The notes below the pieces were generated by a model, which was given only the letters and a program-made list of their open reading frames with translations, searched no databases and had not been told where the DNA came from. A stretch of DNA of 64,000 nucleotides from an uncultured Candidatus Saccharibacteria bacterium (lineage in GTDB: Bacteria > Patescibacteriota > Saccharimonadia > Saccharimonadales > CAIOMD01), in assembly GCA_963716565.1 (NCBI GenBank), contig OY970318.1:644284-708283 (forward strand), written 5' to 3'. The translations under genes were made by a program, and so were the position numbers. Every line of letters starts with the position of its first letter. Within the stretch, counting starts at the first letter, position 1. This document shows, in pieces, positions 56,945 through 64,000 of the stretch.

Positions 56945-57198
56945 TAGCTTATCACTCCGTTAGTGGCGGTTAAAATAGTTTCTTGCATATTTACTAAAGC
57001 CGTAGCAAACAAAACCCCGCTTACCAACAAAATAATTATTACTATTAAAACAAAGCAATATTGCTTAACATCGGCGTTACGTTTGAATAGGCCAGCTAGC
57101 AAAAATAAGAATAAAAGAGCAATCGCTCCACCACCAACAGCTCTGGTGCTAAGCTCTAGAATTGACGCGCCGGCTGTATCGATAATTAAATCCCACAT
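56944..57198 (-). CDS. small membrane protein
   Basis: 84 aa with 2 TM helices. Its stop overlaps the next gene's start (ATGA). Confidence 0.45.
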   Translation of the reverse strand: MWDLIIDTAGASILELSTRAVGGGAIALLFLFLLAGLFKRNADVKQYCFVLIVIIILLVSGVLFATALVNMQETILTATNGVIS

Positions 57199-57278
57199 CG
57201 CTAGTTTTGCTCTCTCTTATAAAAAACTATATCATTGTTATAAGCTTAAGAGCAATCAGCGTTTAAAAACTTCTATAT

Positions 57279-58331
57279 ATGGCCGACCCAAAACCAGTAA
57301 CCAAACTGTGGTATCAAGTTTCTGTAGCCGAAACAGCGGCCTTTTTTGATACAAGTTTGAAAAAAGGATTAAGCGGCGAGTCGGTTGCTAGGCGCTTAAA
57401 GCGCTTTGGCGAAAACACTAATCCATTTGTACCTGATCAAATTGAGCGTTTATGCAAGGTTAGCGTTATTAGAAACGACAAATTGCAAACCGTGAGCCTT
57501 AACCATGTTGCACTAGGTGACATCGTGTCCCTAAAAGTTGGCGATAGAGTACCGGCCGATTTACGTCTTTTTAAGGTCAGTCACCTAGAAATTGACGAAA
57601 CAGCATTAGGAACAAACGGTTTGCCAACTGCTAAAAACACCTACGCCATCGCTAAAAAGGAACCGCTAGTCCGCCAAAAATGCATGGCCTTTTGCGGCAC
57701 TTTTGTAGCAAAAGGCCAGGGGCTGGGAATCGTTGTAGCTTATGGGGCCAAAGTTGCTTATTTGCCACCGCTAAAGCAACTAAAATCTTTAAAGAATAAT
57801 CTAAGCGCTCGACGCTTAAAACGTTTTGGTGTAGTTGCTAGCGGTTTACAAGATTTAGGCGTATTGCCAAAGGTAGAGTTAATAATTTTTGATACTGACT
57901 TGCCAGACCAAGCTATTGGCGACCTGGTGCGCAAAATACAACTAATAAAAAATATTCCTTGCAAGTTTATTACCAGTAGCGCCCAGGCCAAAAGATTGGC
58001 CCAAGAACTTACTGGCGCAGAAATGGTGGAAGCCGATAAATTGACCAAGCAAACCGCTCAGCAAATAGCTGAATCTGTTAATAGGGCTCAGTTTATTACT
58101 AACATCGACGAAATAAATAGCTTAAAAATTTTACGGATTTTACGTGACGATGGTGAAAAGATTGCCTGGGTTACTGATGGTAAAAAGGCAACATCGGCCA
58201 CTCAAGTTGCCGATATATCAATTGTTATTGTGAGCGATGCAAGTAGGGATGATGTCGTCTTTAAGGCTGGTCTAATTTTGCCAAGATTCGAAGCTTCGGT
58301 ATTGTCAAGTATTTTCTACAACAGAAAGTAA
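57279..58331 (+). CDS. TM-less, catalytically degenerate P-type ATPase homolog
   Basis: 350 aa. Cation_ATPase_N-like N-terminus (WYQVSVAETAAFFDTSLKKGLS), an actuator-domain segment (GDIVSLKVGDRVPADLRL...IDETALGTNGLP), and a P-domain remnant with FDTDLP in place of DKTGT. No hydrophobic TM segments. Confidence 0.6.
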   Translation: MADPKPVTKLWYQVSVAETAAFFDTSLKKGLSGESVARRLKRFGENTNPFVPDQIERLCKVSVIRNDKLQTVSLNHVALGDIVSLKVGDRVPADLRLFKVSHLEIDETALGTNGLPTAKNTYAIAKKEPLVRQKCMAFCGTFVAKGQGLGIVVAYGAKVAYLPPLKQLKSLKNNLSARRLKRFGVVASGLQDLGVLPKVELIIFDTDLPDQAIGDLVRKIQLIKNIPCKFITSSAQAKRLAQELTGAEMVEADKLTKQTAQQIAESVNRAQFITNIDEINSLKILRILRDDGEKIAWVTDGKKATSATQVADISIVIVSDASRDDVVFKAGLILPRFEASVLSSIFYNRK

Positions 58332-58342
58332 GCATAATCTTC

Positions 58343-58372
58343 TTGACTATTTGGAAAGATTATGTATATAAT
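58343..58372 (+). promoter_or_regulatory. strong sigma70-type promoter
   Basis: TTGACT (58343-48), 18-nt spacer, TATAAT (58367-72). Confidence 0.6.
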
Positions 58373-58423
58373 AACATCATTGCTATAAAAAGCAAAAAAT
58401 CAAACAAAAAGAAGGGGTAAACT

Positions 58424-58507
58424 ATGCGCGAAGTTCAACTTGGCTATGAGCTTACTCCTACAAGCAATCAGGCGGTTTCGAGGTTCGATAACCTCTTAAT
58501 GGCCTAA
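58424..58507 (+). CDS. 27-codon small ORF inside a ~185-nt stand-alone transcription unit (could instead be an sRNA)
   Basis: ATG 58424 with GAAGGGG 6 nt upstream. Translation is MREVQLGYELTPTSNQAVSRFDNLLMA. Flanked by the promoter at 58343-72 and the terminator at 58536-63. Confidence 0.3.
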   Translation: MREVQLGYELTPTSNQAVSRFDNLLMA

Positions 58508-58535
58508 GCGGGCGTAGGACGTAAGCGCCTAAAAA

Positions 58536-58563
58536 GGACCAGGCGAAGGCCGGGTCTTTTTTT
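58536..58563 (+). terminator. intrinsic terminator
   Basis: GACC-a-GGC-gaag-GCC-g-GGTC followed by T7. Confidence 0.65.
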
Positions 58564-58622
58564 AGTCAGACTTGAACAGACGCACGGTGTTAGACTAACT
58601 TCGTTATTCCAACACCTGCTAT

Positions 58623-58651
58623 TTATTGTCAAATTCAAAATTTGACAATAA
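58623..58651. repeat. perfect 13-bp inverted repeat with 3-nt spacer
   Basis: TTATTGTCAAATT-caa-AATTTGACAATAA. Confidence 0.8.
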
Positions 58652-58663
58652 TCTGCTCCCTTC

Positions 58664-58692
58664 GGTCGCAGGTTCAAGTAGCGCCCACACCA
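58664..58692 (+). pseudogene. tRNA 3' fragment related to tRNA(CAU) 52852
   Basis: GGTCGCAGGTTCAAGT (16 nt) is identical to 52898-52913. The fragment then continues AGCGCCCACACCA, where the intact gene has CCTGCCGCCCCCACCA. Confidence 0.6.
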
Positions 58693-58730
58693 AGTAAAAA
58701 GCCCAGTTAAAAACTAGGCTTTTTACTTGG
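58690..58730. terminator. 14-bp hairpin / bidirectional terminator
   Basis: CCAAGTAAAAAGCC-(13-nt loop)-GGCTTTTTACTTGG. The arms include the CCA of the + fragment and of the - strand tRNA. Confidence 0.7.
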
Positions 58731-58804
58731 TACCGGGGGTGAGACTTGAACTCGCGACCTCAGGCTTATGAGTCCTGCGCTCTAACCAGCTGAGCTACCC
58801 CGGC
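58728..58804 (-). tRNA. tRNA with CAT anticodon (elongator Met or Ile2/lysidine)
   Basis: Manual cloverleaf on the minus strand: GCCGGGG...CTCATAA...GCGAG-TTCAAGT-CTCAC-CCCCGGT-A-CCA. It has a G1-U72 pair, one mismatch in the anticodon stem and one in the T stem. Confidence 0.75.
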
Positions 58805-59042
58805 GCGGCGTCACAATTCGTTCTTGTTATTCGCTATTAAATTATCTCTTAATAACCAATTTAATAGCAAATTTTTACGAACGATTGTTCCTTTCAAATT
58901 TGCAAACAGCTTAGCTTGGTTTACAAATTTGCATGAAGCGCAGACTACTATAGCAGATTCCCCTCTGTTAATCCAGAATATATACCTAAAGATGGTTCAA
59001 AGATTCTCGCTCGTTATGGTAGTTTGTTCTAAACTGGTTATT

Positions 59043-59714
59043 ATGAAACTGAAGTTGATTGATAAAAAAGCTGAAGAGTCTGATGTAACAGCTTTTATTT
59101 TTGAGTCAGCCAAGCCCATATCTTGGCAGGCGGGGCAATATATTCACTATACGTTGTGGCACAACAATGCCGACGATCGTGGCTTTGAGCGCTGGTTTAC
59201 CATTTCTTCGCCGCCTTTTAGCAAAAATCCGGCCATTACTACCAGATTCTTTGGCGATAAAAGCAGCTCATTCAAAAAAGCGCTTTTTGCATTGCCAATT
59301 GGCGGACAGATAGAGGCCGATAAACCAGATGGCAAGTTTGTTTTAAACCCCAAAGCCAGCCAACATGTATTTGTCGCTGGCGGTATTGGCATAACGCCGT
59401 TTTATGCCATGCTTAAACAGCTTGATCACGACAGACAAGTTCCCAAAATCACTCTATTTTATGCCAACAGCAATAAAGATGTTGTTTTTAAAAAAGAGCT
59501 GGATGGCATTGCCAAACGCTACAAGCAACTAACGGTTCAATATTTTATTGGCGAACGTATTTCTAACGCTGATTTTGAGCCGTTTACAGGTGATAGCGAA
59601 TGTGTTTTTTATATCTCTGGCCCAGAAGCTATGGTAGAAGCCTACAGAATTAGCTTAAGAAAAATGGGCGTAAAAAGACGCAAGATTAAAACAGACTACT
59701 TCCCCGGGTATTAA
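59043..59714 (+). CDS. ferredoxin-NADP reductase-like FAD/NAD(P)-binding oxidoreductase
   Basis: Start at ATG 59043 (MKLKLIDKK...). Has RWFTISSPP (RxYS-type FAD motif) and VAGGIGITPF (NAD(P) motif). The ORF-track N-terminal extension overlaps the tRNA and is rejected. Confidence 0.75.
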   Translation: MKLKLIDKKAEESDVTAFIFESAKPISWQAGQYIHYTLWHNNADDRGFERWFTISSPPFSKNPAITTRFFGDKSSSFKKALFALPIGGQIEADKPDGKFVLNPKASQHVFVAGGIGITPFYAMLKQLDHDRQVPKITLFYANSNKDVVFKKELDGIAKRYKQLTVQYFIGERISNADFEPFTGDSECVFYISGPEAMVEAYRISLRKMGVKRRKIKTDYFPGY

Positions 59715-59781
59715 CTTGTTAGGACTTTGACAATAACGATATAGTATTGTATATTAAGTCGCATATTTAAGGAGTTATTTC

Positions 59782-60723
59782 GTGAGCGAACAAATACCAG
59801 AAACCGACGCCGAAAGCGAAGAAAGATACATAAAAACCTTTGGCATAGGCGAAAGGCCCGCCAGTGAGATTTGTCTAAACTTTGGCAATGCCCAACTGCA
59901 GATTCGCCAAGAAGGTGCAATGATCTGTGCCTTTAGTTTTGATGGCGTCCCAATTTTAACGAGTCCCATCGAAAGCTTGCAAAGTTATTTAGATGCAGAA
60001 AATAACCCAGCACCTGATTTTGTTCAACCGGCAAAGCCAGACGCAGCCCACACCATGTTGCCCGTAAGTAAAAGTGACTTTGCTCCTCAGCATGGCACTA
60101 GTCGTTATGGCGATTACAAAATTGAGTCTTCACAACCTAACAAAGTTTGCTTGAGTTACACGGATAGATTATATAATCTTGGCCACCTAAAGACCTTTGA
60201 AATTATTCCGCGCAGCCTAGATGAGCACGGTGGCTTAGTAGTCGTTGATGAAGTAATGAATTTAAGCGATAAAGAACAAGGCGTTAGTGTTGGCGAGCAT
60301 TATTATTTTGCTTGCCCAGAAGATGAGATTGCCGATATTGAGCTTATTGATGTTGGCGGCCAGCATCGTCCAATTAGAGCAATGTACAGGGATGGCCACG
60401 AAGTAGAGGGGACGATGGCCGATTTTTGGCCAGCACTGCAACAAGAACAAGGTGAAGCCTTCTATACAAATCTGCCAGGAGGTAATCAAGAGATTCGTTT
60501 TGCCGATGGTCGCGTGGTTGGACTAAAGGCGGCAGCTAAAATGTTACCCGGGCGGCATGTTGACTTAATGATTTGGCACCGCAAAGATGCCGATACTATC
60601 TGTTTTGAGCCAGTTTGTGGTACTCAAAGAACTGCTGCCGGCGTATTTCATAACCAAGAAATTATCTTAAAGCCCGGCGAAAGCCTAAAGTTTACTACTG
60701 GCATCGATGTGCTCAGAGTTTAG
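59782..60723 (+). CDS. aldose 1-epimerase/mutarotase-like protein (tentative)
   Basis: 313 aa, beta-rich, with an ICFEPVCG segment resembling the xCxEP motif of the glucose-6-phosphate 1-epimerase-like family. GTG start. Confidence 0.45.
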   Translation: MSEQIPETDAESEERYIKTFGIGERPASEICLNFGNAQLQIRQEGAMICAFSFDGVPILTSPIESLQSYLDAENNPAPDFVQPAKPDAAHTMLPVSKSDFAPQHGTSRYGDYKIESSQPNKVCLSYTDRLYNLGHLKTFEIIPRSLDEHGGLVVVDEVMNLSDKEQGVSVGEHYYFACPEDEIADIELIDVGGQHRPIRAMYRDGHEVEGTMADFWPALQQEQGEAFYTNLPGGNQEIRFADGRVVGLKAAAKMLPGRHVDLMIWHRKDADTICFEPVCGTQRTAAGVFHNQEIILKPGESLKFTTGIDVLRV

Positions 60724-60768
60724 TGACAAAGACAAAACAAATATCTTTTAGTTGCTATTATTAGAGGC

Positions 60769-61677
60769 ATGGATGATATGCGTCTTACCTTGCCGGTTGG
60801 CAAATATATCGTGGCTGTGTCGGGCGGTGTAGACTCGGTTGTGTTATTGGATTTGTTATCTAATGTCCAACATCCAACATCCAACGTCCAACTCATCGTG
60901 GCCCACTTTGACCATGGCATAAGAGATGATTCTAAAAAAGACGCCGATTTTGTAAAAGATCTAGCTAAAAAATACAAACTGCCTTTTGAGCTTGGCGAAG
61001 GCCAGCTGGGCAAAGATGCTAGCGAAGCCATGGCGCGTGATAAACGCTACAATTTTTTAAAAGCTGTTCAGCAAAAACATCAAGCCACTGCCATTATTAC
61101 GGCCCACCACCAAGATGATTTAATCGAAACAAGTGTTATTAACTTGTTGCGCGGTACTGGCCGAAGGGGATTAAGCTCACTCAAAAGCCGCAGCGAAATT
61201 CTGCGCCCGTTGCTGGACTATTCTAAAAAACAACTACTCGACCACGCCAAGAAACATGAGCTAGAATGGCGCGAAGATTCTACTAACGAAGATACCAAAT
61301 ATCTGCGCAACAAAGTCCGCAAAGATATAGTGCCTAAAATGAAGCCAGCAGACAGAGACAAATGGCTAAACATTTTGCGCCAAGCCGATATTCATAACGA
61401 AAAACTAGATAAAGAAATCGACATTTTGCTACGCCATGGCCTACATAAGGGGCAACTAGTTTTAAATCGGCAGTGGTTTACGATGTTGCCACACGATCTG
61501 GCCAAAGAAGTGTTGCTGGCAATCTTTTATAAGGCTGGGGCAACCGATATAGATAGAAGCACCCTAGAACGACTAAGCGTGCAAATTAAAACTCTGCCTG
61601 GTGGTAAAACTTTGCAAGCTCCTGGCTTTGACATTATGCTAACCAAACGCAATGCTCGATTTAAGGGTAGAAACTAG
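60769..61677 (+). CDS. tilS: tRNA(Ile)-lysidine synthetase
   Basis: 302 aa. PP-loop VAVSGGVDS, AHFDHGIR and HHQDD motifs. Confidence 0.88.
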   Translation: MDDMRLTLPVGKYIVAVSGGVDSVVLLDLLSNVQHPTSNVQLIVAHFDHGIRDDSKKDADFVKDLAKKYKLPFELGEGQLGKDASEAMARDKRYNFLKAVQQKHQATAIITAHHQDDLIETSVINLLRGTGRRGLSSLKSRSEILRPLLDYSKKQLLDHAKKHELEWREDSTNEDTKYLRNKVRKDIVPKMKPADRDKWLNILRQADIHNEKLDKEIDILLRHGLHKGQLVLNRQWFTMLPHDLAKEVLLAIFYKAGATDIDRSTLERLSVQIKTLPGGKTLQAPGFDIMLTKRNARFKGRN

Positions 61678-61702
61678 CTACAATAGAGTATAATAAACCG
61701 CT

Positions 61703-63571
61703 ATGGATAAGAAACTTCCCCAATTACAAAAACCCAGCGCTCGCAAGAAGACCATTAAAAACATAGGCTTTTTGCTAATTTTGGCAATTATTGGTTTTGC
61801 CATTTATTTTGGCTACAACCAGCCCGAAAACCTAACCGAAAAATCCTATAGCGATGTTATCAGCCGGGCCAACAAGGGCGAAATATCCAAGCTAGAAATT
61901 AAAGGCGAAGAAGTAAAAATTACCCTAAAAGGCCAAGATAAGCCAACCGAAAAAACCCGCATTCAAGCTGGTGCCGATTTGTATAACGAAGTTGGCGGCC
62001 TAACTAACCTTGATGTGCAGGTAGACTTTAAGCCAACTTCAAGTAGCAGCGCCACCTGGACGGCTATTTTAATAAACCTCTTGCCGGTAATAATTATTGT
62101 TTTAGTTTTGGTATTTATGATGCGCAGTGCTCAGGGCCAGGGCAATCAAGCTTTGGGCTTTGGCAAGAGCAGCGCCAGATTATACGGCAATGAAAAATCG
62201 AGTGTTAAATTTGCCGACGTAGCCGGCAGCGCCGAAGCCAAGCAAGATTTGGCCGAAGTTGTAGAGTTCTTAAAGTTCCCCAAAAAGTTCCAAAATGTAG
62301 GGGCTAAAATCCCCAAGGGTGTTTTGCTAGTTGGTTCACCTGGTACCGGTAAAACTTTGCTAGCTAGGGCTGTAGCCGGTGAAGCCAATGTGCCTTTCTT
62401 TAGTATTTCTGGTTCGGAATTTGTAGAAATGTTTGTTGGTGTTGGCGCCAGCCGTGTGCGCGACCTGTTCGCTAAAGCCAAAAAGAATGCTCCCTGCATT
62501 ATCTTTATAGACGAAATCGACGCTGTTGGGCGACGCCGTGGTTCTGGAATGGGCGGTGGTCATGACGAGCGTGAGCAAACTCTAAACCAGATTTTAGTAG
62601 AAATGGACGGTTTTGAACAAGAACAAAACGTGATCGTGCTAGCTGCCACTAACCGAATGGACGTCTTAGACCCAGCCTTGCTTAGACCAGGCCGTTTTGA
62701 TAGGCGGGTAACCATTCCGTTGCCAGACCGCAAAGACCGCTTAGAAATCTTAAAAGTTCATTTTGCCAAAAAGCCACTGGGTAAAGATGTTAATTTAGAT
62801 AACTTAGCCGCTAAAACAGCCGGAACAAGTGGTGCCGACTTAGCTAACATCGCTAACGAAGCCGCTATTGTGGCAGCCCGGGCTAATCGCCTAGAAATTA
62901 AAGATAGCGATGTTACCGAAGCGTTCGAAAAAGTAGCCATTGGCCCAGAAAGAAAAAACAAGATTTTAAGCGAAAAAGAAAAAGAAATGACCGCTTACCA
63001 CGAAGCTGGGCATGCTGTTGTAGGCCATGTTTTGCCAGATAGCGATATGGTTCATAAAGTTACCATTATTCCGCGCGGCATGGCTGGCGGCGTTACTTGG
63101 TTCTTGCCTCCCGAAGATAAAAGCTATCATTCAATAGTTGAATTTAAGGATATCTTAGCTAGAATGCTGGGTGGCCGCATGGCCGAAGAGGTTATTTATG
63201 GTCCAGACAGGGTAACAACTGGTTCGGGCGATGATTTACGCAAGGCTGCCGAACTGGCCCGCGAAATGGTTGTAGAGCAGGGTATGGGCAAGAAATTGCG
63301 CCACCAAGTATTCCATAGCGAAGACGGTATGATGATGGAAAAACTGGTTCACGAACGCCAATATTCCGAAGATACCGCCAAGCTAATAGATAACGAAGTG
63401 GAACAGCTAATAAGCGAAGCTGCCAATCGTGCCAAGTTGGTAATAAAAGCTAATCCCAAGCCGTTAGAAGTTCTAAAAAAGGCCTTGCTAGAAAAAGAAA
63501 CCGTTGAAGCCGACGAAGTTTTGCAACTTCTAAAAGACAGCAAGTTGCCGAAAGAGGCCACCCAGTACTAG
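61703..63571 (+). CDS. ftsH: ATP-dependent zinc metalloprotease FtsH
   Basis: 622 aa. Two TM segments, AAA+ Walker A GSPGTGKT, Walker [12 protein letters not shown], and zinc motif HEAGHA. Confidence 0.93.
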   Translation: MDKKLPQLQKPSARKKTIKNIGFLLILAIIGFAIYFGYNQPENLTEKSYSDVISRANKGEISKLEIKGEEVKITLKGQDKPTEKTRIQAGADLYNEVGGLTNLDVQVDFKPTSSSSATWTAILINLLPVIIIVLVLVFMMRSAQGQGNQALGFGKSSARLYGNEKSSVKFADVAGSAEAKQDLAEVVEFLKFPKKFQNVGAKIPKGVLLVGSPGTGKTLLARAVAGEANVPFFSISGSEFVEMFVGVGASRVRDLFAKAKKNAPCIIFIDEIDAVGRRRGSGMGGGHDEREQTLNQILVEMDGFEQEQNVIVLAATNRMDVLDPALLRPGRFDRRVTIPLPDRKDRLEILKVHFAKKPLGKDVNLDNLAAKTAGTSGADLANIANEAAIVAARANRLEIKDSDVTEAFEKVAIGPERKNKILSEKEKEMTAYHEAGHAVVGHVLPDSDMVHKVTIIPRGMAGGVTWFLPPEDKSYHSIVEFKDILARMLGGRMAEEVIYGPDRVTTGSGDDLRKAAELAREMVVEQGMGKKLRHQVFHSEDGMMMEKLVHERQYSEDTAKLIDNEVEQLISEAANRAKLVIKANPKPLEVLKKALLEKETVEADEVLQLLKDSKLPKEATQY

Positions 63572-63622
63572 TTTTTGTCGCAAAAGTTCACTAAACACCT
63601 ATATAATAAAAACTAAGTAAAA

Positions 63623-64000
63623 ATGAATCGTTTTTTCGGACGCGCCAACAAAAAATTATCGCTAAGCTCAGCTGCCATGCTGTTGGCTAGTACTGCTTTT
63701 GTGGGTACGGTTTTGGGCATTCTACGCACCAAATTGATTAATGCCAACTTTAATAACTTTGAATCAGACGCCTACTTTGCGGCTTTTAAGATTCCAGATT
63801 TTGTATTTTTTACTCTGGCCTCGGGGGCACTGAGCGTAGCCTTTTTACCGATTTTAAGTGAGCGCTTGCACGCCAATAAGCAGTCGGCCTGGAACGTTGC
63901 CAGCTATATATTAAACGCCTTGGCGGGCGTGGCGTTTATCTTGGCAATCTTAATTATTGTTTTTGCCCAACCATTGTTGCAGCATATCGTAGCCCCTGGC
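63623..64000 (+). CDS. murJ: lipid II flippase MurJ (5' part, runs off the window)
   Basis: ATG 63623. Translation MNRFFGRANKKLSLSSAAMLLASTAFVGTVLGILRTKLINANFNNFESDAYFAAFKIPDFVFFTLASGALSVAFLP matches the MurJ/MviN N-terminus. Open to the end of the window. Confidence 0.8.
   Translation, partial: MNRFFGRANKKLSLSSAAMLLASTAFVGTVLGILRTKLINANFNNFESDAYFAAFKIPDFVFFTLASGALSVAFLPILSERLHANKQSAWNVASYILNALAGVAFILAILIIVFAQPLLQHIVAPG

Noticed and set aside
58824-59042. 73-aa N-terminal extension of the FNR-like ORF
   Set aside because: The low-complexity extension starts 20 nt from the minus-strand tRNA. The conserved FAD-binding domain begins at MKLKLIDKK (59043).
60720-61031. 103-aa minus-strand ORF overlapping the tilS 5' end
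   Set aside because: It is antisense to the conserved TilS PP-loop region and its translation is Ser/Leu-rich and low-complexity.

Overview
This 64-kb bacterial chromosomal fragment is densely packed with mostly small genes. The gene content fits a reduced-genome Patescibacteria/CPR (Saccharibacteria-like) organism: an envelope-glycan cluster, an archaeal-type class IIb aminoacyl-tRNA synthetase, many membrane-anchored proteins with Pro/Thr-rich linkers, housekeeping genes (murC, tilS, ftsH, murJ) and very little metabolism. That placement is inference only; no search was run. Layout: (i) 101-14124 is a cell-envelope polysaccharide cluster (galE, GT2 + DUF2304-like, rfbA/D/C/B, manC-like, glmS, GT4, priming sugar transferase, methyltransferase, O-antigen-ligase-like, GtrA). 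(ii) 13332-15356 holds two paralogous structured-RNA candidates with compensatory base changes. They bracket GtrA and a protein that has only the LexA N-terminal domain, and a GC-rich orphan ORF follows. (iii) tRNA-Asn (16850-16924) is followed by a ~12.7-kb integrated island ending at 29589, bounded by a 16-nt direct repeat of the tRNA 3' end. The island carries a large serine recombinase, a four-gene restriction-modification module (two MTases plus large and small nuclease subunits), a ParB-MTase fusion and orphan genes. (iv) 29593-47390 holds envelope and housekeeping genes, including a short-class cobalamin riboswitch in front of DUF4430 and S-component-like genes. (v) 47457-49321 is an ABC-2 transporter operon broken by three 1-nt indels. 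(vi) 52027-58804 is a tRNA-rich region with three tRNA(CAU) genes, an interrupted and truncated tRNA copy, a tRNA 3' fragment, a frameshifted RRM gene and several catalytically degenerate enzyme homologs. (vii) The window ends with tilS, ftsH and the 5' part of murJ. I saw no rRNA and no CRISPR array. All calls come from reading the sequence and the supplied ORF translations; I ran no database search, RNA folding or composition calculation.
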